Shown here piece by piece: positions 1 to 6,952 of a stretch of 32,000 nt of DNA. The notes beneath the pieces are model-generated. The model saw nothing but the letters and a program-made list of their open reading frames with translations, had not been told where the DNA came from and did no database searches. Position numbers and translations under genes: made by a program. The stretch is from an uncultured Clostridia bacterium (lineage in GTDB: Bacteria; Bacillota; Clostridia; UBA1381): the NCBI GenBank assembly GCA_947623955.1, contig CANQIP010000010.1, forward strand, positions 19,696 to 51,695, written 5' to 3'. How positions within the stretch are numbered: position 1 is the stretch's first letter; each line of letters begins with the position of its first letter.

Positions 1-700
1 ATGCCTATGGTGTGACCTGTCGCACCCATATCAAGTCCCATGTCGACGATTTCCGCCTCGGTAGTCGCGAAGTTATTACCGAGGTCAACCACCGCCGAGC
101 CGAAACGGTCAATACTCTTTTGTGACGTGTCCGTTACATTCAGGAAACGCGCCACTGCCTGCGCGCCCGACTCTCCGTGCAGATTTGTCGCGGTGTCGAG
201 CTGCGCCATTGTTTCGGTAAATCCTAAGATGTTCTCGGTCTGTACGCCTAACTGTCCGCCCGCCGCCGCGAGCTCGTTAAGCTCCGTTGTCGTCTTCGGG
301 ATTGCGTTACGTCCGTTTATGCCGGTGGTCGTCAGGTCGATAATGCCCTGCCGTATCTGCGCGAGTTGTTCCGGCGTGCCTTCAACCGTTTTCTTGACGC
401 CAGCAAAGCTGTCCTCAAAATCAATCGCAAACTTCGCCGACGCAGCGCCGCCTGCCGCGAGTGCAACAGCCGCGACCTGTATAGGCTTGGTAACGCTGTC
501 TATGCTTGCGCCTACACCCCGAAGCGCTTGACCTGTCATCTGCCAGTTACGCGCCGCCAGTTGTGCGGCGTTACCCATATTCCGACCGATACGCGTCGCG
601 TCCAGTGCCGATAATTGCGACTGTACACCGCTGACCGCGCTCGCCAGTTCAGAGGTGTCGGCGCTTATGCGCACAACCAGTTCAGCTATTTCATCTGCCA
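1..700 (-). CDS. Tail tape measure protein, N-terminal part (gene runs off the left edge)
   Basis: My minus-strand translation from ATG 700-698 (RBS GGGGGTGG upstream) stays open to position 1: MADEIAELVVRISADTSELASAV...FAIDFEDSFAGVKKTVEGTPEQL...LNELAAAGGQLGV... It has the tape-measure core pattern and sits directly after the chaperone pair. It is absent from the ORF track because there is no stop in the window. Confidence 0.85.
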
Positions 701-716
701 TACTGCCGCCACCCCC

Positions 717-926
717 TTACAGTCCGTAGAACATACGCAGGTGCGGATCATCGCCCGTATATTCCTGCGGTTCGTCGTCTTCACTGCCGTACAGCATATC
801 AAACAACCGTATCGGGTTTTGCCGTCCTACCTCGTCCGGTAATTTCCGAAAATACCTAAACATGGTAGTATATATGTCTTTTAGTTCACCGCCGCCGTGT
901 CCTCCGTCGGCGCTTCCGCGTTTTTT
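717..926 (-). CDS. Tail assembly chaperone -1 frame extension (gpT-like part of a G/GT pair)
   Basis: The -1 frame relative to ORF 881..1195 is open from 968 down to TAA 719-717 (...KKRGSADGGHGGGELKDIYTTMFRYFRKLPDEVGRQNPIRLFDMLYGSEDDEPQEYTGDDPHLRMFYGL*). It lies between the chaperone and the tape measure. Confidence 0.7.
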   Translation of the reverse strand, partial: KKRGSADGGHGGGELKDIYTTMFRYFRKLPDEVGRQNPIRLFDMLYGSEDDEPQEYTGDDPHLRMFYGL

Positions 927-1195
927 TCCGTCTTTTTCTTCAGCTCTGCCATATCGGCATAATACCAGTTAATGACGGTGCGGCACATATCCATTTTCTC
1001 GACTATGGCGGCATTCAAAACGTCCTGCGTCGCGTCCGTACCCTCGAACAGGTAATCGACCGCGCCGCCGCCCGTCATGCCTATACCCTTCGCGCCGCTA
1101 AGCTGCGCCTCCTGCACGCGGCACATAGCCTCGAAGTCCCACGTCTTTGATGTATACTTCTTTTTGTTGTATGTGAATGTCAATACTCTTTGCAT
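881..1195 (-). CDS. Tail assembly chaperone (gpG-like)
   Basis: 104-aa ORF with RBS AAGGAGAG upstream. It sits between the major tail and tape measure genes, has an acidic C-terminus and contains the slippery site. Confidence 0.75.
   Translation of the reverse strand: MQRVLTFTYNKKKYTSKTWDFEAMCRVQEAQLSGAKGIGMTGGGAVDYLFEGTDATQDVLNAAIVEKMDMCRTVINWYYADMAELKKKTEKNAEAPTEDTAAVN
920..926 (-). promoter_or_regulatory. Slippery heptamer A_AAA_AAC for programmed -1 frameshifting
   Basis: The minus strand reads ACG GAA AAA AAC GCG in the chaperone frame. The X_XXY_YYZ heptamer lies 13 codons before the chaperone stop and inside the overlap with the open -1 frame. Confidence 0.65.
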
Positions 1196-1230
1196 AGTAA
1201 ATCTCTCCTTTGATATAAATTAAAATTACA

Positions 1231-1256
1231 GGGGACACTAAAACTTTAGTGTCCCC
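1231..1256 (-). terminator. Hairpin/attenuator after the major tail gene
   Basis: GGGGACACTAAA..TTTAGTGTCCCC perfect 12-bp arms. On the minus strand it is followed by TGTAATTTTAATTT, and it lies 10 nt after the major tail stop. Confidence 0.6.
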
Positions 1257-1265
1257 ATTATGCTA

Positions 1266-1877
1266 TTATTCGCCGGCTTCCGGCTTCCAGTTCATGTCGG
1301 AGAACCATTCCGTCTCCAGCGTTTCTTTTGTTACCGTTTCCGGCAAATCCGTCTCGTCGATGTACTCATAGTACTGGTTATCGTAGTCACGCGCAACCGC
1401 CGTAAACGTCGCCTTTGCCGTCTGCTTTTCTGACGCGCCTGTTGACGGCTTTGTTTTGCCGCCGACGTTTGACGCGAACGAATACGATCCCTTGAAGTAA
1501 CGCACATAGCGGTAGGTGCCGTCCGATTTCAAAGTGCGCCACGCCACGCCGAAGTATTTTGTCGGCATATTTGTTCCGACGGTAACCAGACCGTTTTTCA
1601 TTTCCAGACCGCGCCACATCGCGTCTACCTCGGGCGGTATGTCCGCATTTGTGATGTCATGTCCGATGTTTTCAATGTAGGTATCAGCGACGTATGCGCC
1701 GTTATCCGCGTCAAATACGTCACTGCCGCCGCTGTCCGACGGTGCGATTTCCACCGTACCGCGCAGGCTGTACGCCTCGCCGTACTCCGCGCCCTCCGCC
1801 GTGTCCGACGTAAGCGGGAAAAATGTGTACTTGTCTACACCTATTGTAGGCAAGGGTTTTCTGTTTGTTGTTGCCAT
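1266..1877 (-). CDS. Major tail protein
   Basis: 203 aa. Position and sequence pattern (MATTNRKPLPTIGVDKYTFFPL...YGEAYSLRGTVEIAP...FDADNGAY) resemble phi13/TP901-type major tail proteins. Confidence 0.8.
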   Translation of the reverse strand: MATTNRKPLPTIGVDKYTFFPLTSDTAEGAEYGEAYSLRGTVEIAPSDSGGSDVFDADNGAYVADTYIENIGHDITNADIPPEVDAMWRGLEMKNGLVTVGTNMPTKYFGVAWRTLKSDGTYRYVRYFKGSYSFASNVGGKTKPSTGASEKQTAKATFTAVARDYDNQYYEYIDETDLPETVTKETLETEWFSDMNWKPEAGE

Positions 1878-1880
1878 TTA

Positions 1881-2237
1881 TTATTCCTCCTCATCTTTAT
1901 AAAAAATTGATTTGCTAAATCGCATTGTTTTGTGGTACACACCGCCGTCCGGCGGCATATCCCGCGAAAATTCGCGGTACCACCCGTTATTTTGCATAGC
2001 CGCGTCCACCTTGACTGCCAGCCGCGAACACTCTCCGCCGCCGCTGCCCCACACGTCCACAACCACCGTTGATACCTGCGCCTGTTCTGCGTTGTCGTAG
2101 CGCATACCCGTTGTAGTCGTCAACTCATAGTAGCTTATAATCGGCAAATTGTTAAATTCGTTCGGATAGTAATACGTAACCTTAACGCCGTCGATCCCGC
2201 CGAGGATTTCACGCACGATTTTATTTACATCAACCAT
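1881..2237 (-). CDS. Head-tail joining / tail completion protein (tentative)
   Basis: 118 aa, between the head-closure and major tail genes. Its start overlaps the upstream gene end. Confidence 0.55.
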   Translation of the reverse strand: MVDVNKIVREILGGIDGVKVTYYYPNEFNNLPIISYYELTTTTGMRYDNAEQAQVSTVVVDVWGSGGGECSRLAVKVDAAMQNNGWYREFSRDMPPDGGVYHKTMRFSKSIFYKDEEE

Positions 2238-2562
2238 TCACCGTCACCTCATTTAACATTATTTCATGCCCCGCGTCCCAGTCCGCGACGTAGACCACCT
2301 CGAAATACCGACCGCCGACGCGGAGCAGAGCGCCCTCTTTGATATTGCCGTTTGCCTTGCAGAAAAACCGCTTTTGACACTCCCGCGCCAACCCGTATTC
2401 AGCCTTTAACAGTTCACCGCTATATGGCTGTAAATCACCCGTTACGCGGTCGATTTCTTTAATGGTATACGTATTCTCGTAATCGTCGTAATCGCCTTTT
2501 TCAATGATTACCGCCTCTGTTTTCGCGAATATATCAAACACATCCGCATATTTTTCCAACAT
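2230..2562 (-). CDS. Head closure / head-tail adaptor protein (tentative)
   Basis: 110 aa in the syntenic position after the connector, with overlapping gene ends typical of this module. Confidence 0.55.
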   Translation of the reverse strand: MLEKYADVFDIFAKTEAVIIEKGDYDDYENTYTIKEIDRVTGDLQPYSGELLKAEYGLARECQKRFFCKANGNIKEGALLRVGGRYFEVVYVADWDAGHEIMLNEVTVNG

Positions 2563-2920
2563 CGGACGGCACCTTCCCTCTGCGGCATATAAACGGCTTT
2601 AAGCGGTCGTAATAATTCGTCAGGAAATCGCTGTCGGGCGTTTTACTGTCAAACGATACCGACCGCTGCCCCTCGGATATGCTCTTGACGATTTCCGGTG
2701 CGCTCTCACCGCCGTACCCTTTCGCGCGGTAAACATCCGCAGCGATAACCGGTACAAGGCTTTCAAGCGGACGCGGCAAAAAGCATATACGGCAATAGCC
2801 CAAGATCATCGCCTTTACGTCGTCAATCAAAAAGGACAAGAGCTCATCCTTGCTCTCGTCCGTTATCCCCAGCAGCATTTTCAACCTCTGCAGCACTTCC
2901 GTCTGTTTCTCCTGCTCCAT
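2534..2920 (-). CDS. gp6-like head-tail connector (DNA-packaging) protein
   Basis: The N-terminus EVLQRLKMLLGITDESKDELLSFLIDDVKAMILGY...YRAKGYGGES matches the gp6-like connector pattern. Confidence 0.7.
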   Translation of the reverse strand: MEQEKQTEVLQRLKMLLGITDESKDELLSFLIDDVKAMILGYCRICFLPRPLESLVPVIAADVYRAKGYGGESAPEIVKSISEGQRSVSFDSKTPDSDFLTNYYDRLKPFICRRGKVPSDVGKICGCV

Positions 2921-3056
2921 TCTTATCGTCGCCTTTCTTCCCGTCGCCTTTCTTCGTCGGCTTTACCTCGGTAAAACCCGAATTTTTGTACGCCGCTATC
3001 TGAATTTCATTCGTCAGCGTGATTGTTTCTTTTCCGCGTTTGAGCAACATCATCAT
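2844..3056 (-). CDS. Small hypothetical head-module protein
   Basis: 70-aa ORF directly after the capsid gene (ATGA-type overlap at 3053-3056). Its Lys/Gly/Asp-rich tail overlaps the connector start by 77 nt, so the true end is uncertain. Confidence 0.4.
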   Translation of the reverse strand: MMMLLKRGKETITLTNEIQIAAYKNSGFTEVKPTKKGDGKKGDDKNGAGETDGSAAEVENAAGDNGREQG

Positions 3057-3877
3057 TCACCTTCCTTTTTGTGGACGTAAATAGCCGCCTTCTTGTTGTT
3101 GAGCACGAACGCGTCGTAATAAACACGACCCTCAACGAGCCAGCCGTTTATGCCCGGCGGGTTGTCGTGGATTTTGTAATCGGACAGTTTAACCGGCGCG
3201 GGTGTCGCTATCTTATTTGTGATGATAAATAGCGTATTCGTCGGCAAGTAACTATCCGGCACAAGGATAAGCGGCACGCCGTCAATACCGCCGACTGTGC
3301 CTTTGAGTGCTATCTGCTGTGCCATGTCGCCCTGCTTTACGAAGGCGGGGTCGAGCTTGATTAACTTATAATACGATGCCGTAACATAAGCGACTCTGCC
3401 CGCAACCGGGATTTTCTTATTAGTCAGCTCTACCTGACCGTCGAGGAATACGTTATATGCGTTTTCCTTCGTCACGTCCGCCGTTGCGGTCTTGCCCGCG
3501 CCCGCCGCCATTTTCGCCAGACGGTAAATGTCGATTTCGGGGATGATAACCTCGTCAATCTGACGCTGCAGCGCCTGTCCTGCGCTGTTCGCCATCTGCG
3601 TATCGTCGTAATTGCCGCGGTCGATTGTAAACGTAAAGCTCCTGTCGCGTTCAAGCGTCATTTCCTGTACGCTGTTTTCCAATTCCGACGGCGTACCGTA
3701 ACGGCTTGAGCCGGTTCTCTCGTAGTCGTTCATTTCCGCTGTCGGAACACTGTAAACCTTTACCGTTTTAACGCCGATGAAGTCATAATCGTTGTTTACG
3801 GCGGGGGTCGTAACCGCGCCGATTTTAAAGCGTTCGTCGATTTTCGCCGAATACTTTTCTGCGTAATTGATTGCCAT
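3053..3877 (-). CDS. Major capsid protein
   Basis: 274 aa, MAINYAEKYSAKIDERFKIGAVT..., a typical N-terminus for a Firmicute siphovirus major head protein. It follows the scaffold gene. Confidence 0.85.
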   Translation of the reverse strand: MAINYAEKYSAKIDERFKIGAVTTPAVNNDYDFIGVKTVKVYSVPTAEMNDYERTGSSRYGTPSELENSVQEMTLERDRSFTFTIDRGNYDDTQMANSAGQALQRQIDEVIIPEIDIYRLAKMAAGAGKTATADVTKENAYNVFLDGQVELTNKKIPVAGRVAYVTASYYKLIKLDPAFVKQGDMAQQIALKGTVGGIDGVPLILVPDSYLPTNTLFIITNKIATPAPVKLSDYKIHDNPPGINGWLVEGRVYYDAFVLNNKKAAIYVHKKEGE

Positions 3878-3901
3878 GTTTTTTTACCTCTCTTTCTGGT
3901 T

Positions 3902-4444
3902 TTACATTCCGAATCCCGCAAGAAACGGATCTGTCGGCGGCGGTGTTCCGCCGCCCGTTTTGGGCGGTTTGCCCTTGAGCCGCGCATTTACCGCCTCCTC
4001 GATAGCCGCGTTCCAATCTTTTGTAAACGCGTCTATATTTGCCTTTGTTTCCTCCGCGTCCTTGCCGCAGACGAGTTCCGCGAAATTGTCGGAAACACCG
4101 ACCGCGCGGAGCTGTTTCGCCGCCTCATTCACGAGCATTTCATGGTCGAGCGCGGCTCTGTCGGCGTCAAATTTCTCGCGGTCGAGACGAAACTGCTCCT
4201 TCTCGCGCTCCTCTTTACTGAGCTTAGCGAGCCTTTCCGCCTCGGAGCGTTCCCTATCCCAGCCTTCTTTTGCCGCCTTTACCGCCGCCGCTACCGCCTT
4301 ATCGATGTCGGTCTGCGTAAATTTCTGCTCCGGCGCGGGCGGTTCTGTCGGATCTTCCGGTTCGCCCGGTGTGGGCGGTACGGGAGGCTCCTTCGGTTCT
4401 GCCGGTTCACCCGGCGTGGGTTCTGTCTTTGTAGGATCGTCCAT
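3902..4444 (-). CDS. Capsid scaffolding protein
   Basis: 180 aa with a Pro/Glu-rich N-terminus, then FTQTDIDKAVAAAVKAAKEGWDRERSEAERLAKLSKEEREKEQ coiled coil. It lies immediately upstream of the capsid gene. Confidence 0.8.
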   Translation of the reverse strand: MDDPTKTEPTPGEPAEPKEPPVPPTPGEPEDPTEPPAPEQKFTQTDIDKAVAAAVKAAKEGWDRERSEAERLAKLSKEEREKEQFRLDREKFDADRAALDHEMLVNEAAKQLRAVGVSDNFAELVCGKDAEETKANIDAFTKDWNAAIEEAVNARLKGKPPKTGGGTPPPTDPFLAGFGM

Positions 4445-4574
4445 AATTATTCTACCTCCTATAAAATTTTGTATAAAAATATGAGCGTTTCATCTTACCA
4501 CGCTCGAAGAATATTTAATTTTGCTACGTCATACCCTCACATCCTTTTCCCAATCGATTGGGATTTTTGGTATT

Positions 4575-4601
4575 ATAAAAGCACGTCCGAAAACGTGCTT
4601 T
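4575..4601 (-). terminator. Intrinsic terminator after gp10-like exon 2
   Basis: AAAGCACGT-CCGAAA-ACGTGCTTT. On the minus strand the stem is followed by TTTTATAATACC. Confidence 0.65.
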
Positions 4602-4611
4602 GTAAACTGTG

Positions 4612-4805
4612 TTAATTTATAAATCCGTTCTTAAACGCCTCGATTATTTGCGGGATGTTGTTTTTCAGTGCCGGAACGAGAAACGGCTGCGGCGCGTGTC
4701 CCGATGTGGTATAAAACCGACCGCCGCTGTAATACGTCCAATGTTTTTTGGTCGTGTGCGCGACGGACTTATCACCCTGCGCGCCCGTTCCAAATTCAAC
4801 ATATA
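4612..4805 (-). CDS. HK97-gp10-family head-tail/tail component, exon 2
   Basis: There is no start codon. The frame reads (L)YVEFGTGAQGDKSVAHTTKKHWTYYSGGRFYTTSGHAPQPFLVPALKNNIPQIIEAFKNGFIN*. The YVEFGT and PFLxPAL motifs are hallmarks of the gp10 family C-terminal half. Confidence 0.8.
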
Positions 4806-5012
4806 CATTTGTTATCGTAAAGGCTTTTTATCCTCTACTTCTTATAGTTTCCTATAAGTTCGGCGTACATCATAACAAAAAAGAACTTTAACCCAACAGT
4901 TCTTCTCTGTTTCGAGCACTCTTGGAGGGATTATATTTATTCACCCTCTACGCTCTACGGTGCTGTCCAGCCTTGCGCAATCTGGACAGTTACCTCGGTG
5001 TTGTCTTGATTT

Positions 5013-5810
5013 TCAAATATTTTTATTTGTTGTTGGTCTAAACAATCTTTCGCCGCGGTCACCTCGATGGTAGCGTCGAAATAATGTCGTTTTTGGTATC
5101 CCTGATAACTTTGCAGCCCTTGTTAGCGGTATTATTTCACCAGAATATTCCACCAAGTATTTTACGTTTTTTCTGTCCTCTCCCGGGTTTCGAAACAGCC
5201 TATTACCACGATCACCTCTATGATAGCGAGCATCAACTACCGATCTCGTCAATCTGGCTAATGCCGCAGCATCTGTCAAGCACATTTTTTCACCGTTATA
5301 ATCAACAATAATGTTGCTGCGACGGTTTCTACTCTGCGTGAAATTATCTGTCCAACGGCAATTAGAAGGTTCATAGTCTCCGCTATTATCAATACGGTCT
5401 ATTGATAAATCATCAGCATATCCGTTTAACATAGCCCAATCATAAAATGCTTGGAAATCATTTTTCCATTCATCGCACATCTTTATCCCGCGTCCGCCAT
5501 AGCTGTCATACCTTTCATTGTTGGAATTATAACATCTGCCTTTCATTCCTTGCCATTCATAGTAAATTCGTTTACCGCTCTGTTTATGTGAATGATTTTT
5601 TACAAGATTTATTCTATCCTGTTTTTTCTTCTCGCAACCGCATGATATAGTTTTTCCTTCTAACAACACATCACTGCGAATATTTTTCACGTTTCCACAA
5701 TCACATTTGCACTTCCAAAAGGAATGCTTTCCAGCAGTCGGTACAAATTCCAACACCGTCAGCCTACCAAATCGCTGTCCCGTAAGGTCTCTTCGGAATG
5801 ATCTGCTCAT
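5013..5810 (-). CDS. Intron-encoded homing-endonuclease-like DNA-binding protein
   Basis: 265 aa from MSRSFRRDLTGQRFGRLTV. It has the Cys cluster WKCKCDCGN...SCGC, then YGGRGIKMCDEW...LSIDRIDNSGDYEPSNCRW (HNH-like module without the usual His pair), then two C-terminal repeats ...RYHRGDRG(N/E)RLFR.P. The ATGA start overlaps the upstream stop. Confidence 0.6.
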   Translation of the reverse strand: MSRSFRRDLTGQRFGRLTVLEFVPTAGKHSFWKCKCDCGNVKNIRSDVLLEGKTISCGCEKKKQDRINLVKNHSHKQSGKRIYYEWQGMKGRCYNSNNERYDSYGGRGIKMCDEWKNDFQAFYDWAMLNGYADDLSIDRIDNSGDYEPSNCRWTDNFTQSRNRRSNIIVDYNGEKMCLTDAAALARLTRSVVDARYHRGDRGNRLFRNPGEDRKNVKYLVEYSGEIIPLTRAAKLSGIPKTTLFRRYHRGDRGERLFRPTTNKNI

Positions 5811-6085
5811 GCCTTCACCGCCTCCGGCATTTGCAATCCGCACTCAATCATTAAGCGCACTGCAGTTTGAAACCCTGTTATAAAGCCAAACTCTTCCATT
5901 GCCGCCTCACTGGTTGAAACAATGCTTTCTACCGTGTCAATATACATTTTTTCGCCTACCAGTTCTTTCAGACGCTCACCAACTTCATGCTGAACTTTCT
6001 CCGCCTTTTCCCATTCCAAACCGGTATTATTCTCGCCTGTTTCGCTAGTGTGTAAAAATATTTTTTTTATTTCCTTGTAATCCAT
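5807..6085 (-). CDS. Intron-encoded small hypothetical protein (92 aa)
   Basis: ATG 6085 is preceded by AAGGAGGA: MDYKEIKKIFLHTSETGENN...EEFGFITGFQTAVRLMIECGL. It is translationally coupled to the downstream ORF. Confidence 0.6.
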   Translation of the reverse strand: MDYKEIKKIFLHTSETGENNTGLEWEKAEKVQHEVGERLKELVGEKMYIDTVESIVSTSEAAMEEFGFITGFQTAVRLMIECGLQMPEAVKA

Positions 6086-6203
6086 TATAAAATCCTCCTT
6101 AAAAATTCTTGATTTCCCTCGGCGGATATGATATAATAGATTTATCATCCCGTGAGGGTTGAGTTTTATAGAACGTTGTTTTCGTTGGTAGCGGTGCAAC
6201 GTT

Positions 6204-6377
6204 CTATTTCTTTATTTCGACCTCTAACTTTTGTATCCCTCGACTAATAGCTTCAGTCTTATTAACGTCATTTTGCTCACAATAAGTATCAAGCGTTTGT
6301 TTATCTTTATCGCTTATTCTAATACTGATTTTATTAGGTCTTGGATTATCTGTCGGTCTTCCGGTTCTTGGACTCAT
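6204..6377 (-). CDS. Intron-encoded ribbon-helix-helix (CopG-like) protein, 57 aa
   Basis: Below the ORF-track size cutoff. RBS GTGAGGTG precedes ATG 6377: MSPRTGRPTDNPRPNKISIRISDKDKQTLDTYCEQNDVNKTEAISRGIQKLEVEIKK*. The basic N-terminus, beta strand (ISIRIS) and two helices fit the RHH pattern. Confidence 0.6.
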   Translation of the reverse strand: MSPRTGRPTDNPRPNKISIRISDKDKQTLDTYCEQNDVNKTEAISRGIQKLEVEIKK

Positions 6378-6404
6378 TTCATCACCTCACTTTTGTCTGG
6401 CATA

Positions 6405-6433
6405 ATTATATATTATTGCCCGACAAAAGTCAA
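6405..6433 (-). promoter_or_regulatory. Consensus sigma-A type promoter inside the intron
   Basis: The minus strand reads TTGACT-17 nt-TATAAT. It is overlapped by a 36-nt imperfect palindrome TTTGTCGGGCAATAAT-ATAT-AATTATGCCAGACAAA (6392-6427), a candidate operator. Confidence 0.65.
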
Positions 6434-6507
6434 GAGGTTTTTATAAAAATATTTAAAAATTTTAGATTTCACCGATTTTGCTCGATTTTTCATGCGCTAT
6501 ATGATTA

Positions 6508-6730
6508 ACGCATACTCAGAATTCGTTCCGATTACCGCGCTGTTGCCCTCGACCGTGCTTGTAATGCTGCCCTTTAGCCGTCCCGTACTATCTGGGCTGG
6601 GGCAATTCATCACCGCATCGGCGCGCACAACCTCACCCGCCATAGCGAGCGCGTTCTGTATCTTTCCGCCGCTTACAAGGTTCTGCAGCGCGTTTATAAC
6701 GCCGTCCACACCCTCAATACTTATTTGCAT
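6508..6730 (-). CDS. HK97-gp10-family head-tail/tail component, exon 1
   Basis: MQISIEGVDGVINALQNLVSGGKIQNALAMAGEVVRADAVMNCPSPDSTGRLKGSITSTVEGNSAVIGTNSEYA matches the gp10 family N-terminal half. The unspliced frame stops 3 codons into the intron (TAG 6499-6497). ATG 6748 or 6739 are alternative starts. Confidence 0.8.
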
Positions 6731-6750
6731 AACCCTCATTCCTTCCATGC

Positions 6751-6777
6751 AAAAAGCACGTCCGCTTGAACGTGCTT
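6751..6777 (-). terminator. Intrinsic terminator upstream of the gp10-like gene
   Basis: AAGCACGT-TCAAGCGG-ACGTGCTT followed by TTTTTGC on the minus strand. It has the same stem sequence as the hairpin at 4575-4601. Confidence 0.65.
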
Positions 6778-6792
6778 ATGCTGTATCTTTTA

Positions 6793-6951
6793 TTAGCTCG
6801 CTTTCTTCTCAGCCTGCAACCGCTGTTGTTTTTTTGCTATAACCTTAGCTTCAAGACGGGCAATTTCAGCGTCTAATTCCTCACTTGTCATGTTTTTGAT
6901 ATAATCAGGAATTATACCTCTGTCATCTGCGACAAATACTTCTTTTTCCAT
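6793..6951 (-). CDS. Small hypothetical protein (52 aa) coupled to the MuF-JAB gene
   Basis: Below the track cutoff. RBS GGGAGGTGG precedes ATG 6951, one nt after the MuF stop: MEKEVFVADDRGIIPDYIKNMTSEELDAEIARLEAKVIAKKQQRLQAEKKAS*. Confidence 0.5.
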   Translation of the reverse strand: MEKEVFVADDRGIIPDYIKNMTSEELDAEIARLEAKVIAKKQQRLQAEKKAS

Positions 6952-6952
6952 C

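Larger units (their letters stand above)
4806..6507 (-). mobile_element. Group I intron (1702 nt) carrying a three-ORF cassette
   Basis: Exon 1 ends AUGCGU (6513-6508) and pairs with intron GCGCAU (6497-6492), giving U.G at the splice site (P1). The adjacent CAUAUA (6503-6498) pairs perfectly with the exon 2 start UAUAUG (4805-4800) (P10). The intron ends in G (4806). Splicing restores ...NSEYA-L-YVEFGTG... The 3' 200 nt is hairpin-rich, including CUUAUAG-GAAA-CUAUAAG (4841-4858). Confidence 0.8.

Noticed and set aside
40-842. Plus-strand ORFs 40..531, 366..614 and 615..842
   Set aside because: They are low-complexity translations antisense to the tape measure gene and the chaperone -1 frame extension. 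They have no RBS, and the minus-strand frames give recognisable phage proteins.
2844-2920. The 77-nt overlap between the small head ORF and the connector gene as a second frameshift site
   Set aside because: I saw no slippery heptamer in the overlap. An overestimated 3' extension of the small ORF is the simpler explanation.
3867-4615. Plus-strand ORFs 3867..4484, 4039..4221 and 4142..4615
   Set aside because: They are Ser/Ala/Arg-rich shadows of the scaffold gene on the opposite strand and have no translation signals.
4609-4857. Plus-strand ORF of 82 aa
   Set aside because: It is antisense to gp10 exon 2 and the intron 3' end. The minus frame carries the YVEFGT...PFLVPAL family motifs.
4806-6507. 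Alternative readings of the insertion: group II intron, IStron, or a simple insertion that killed the gene
   Set aside because: There is no reverse transcriptase, and no domain V-like 34-nt hairpin with the expected bulge. There are no TnpA/TnpB-type ORFs and no terminal inverted or direct repeats. The 12-nt guide sequence matching both exon ends, together with the U.G and terminal G, fits a group I intron much better.
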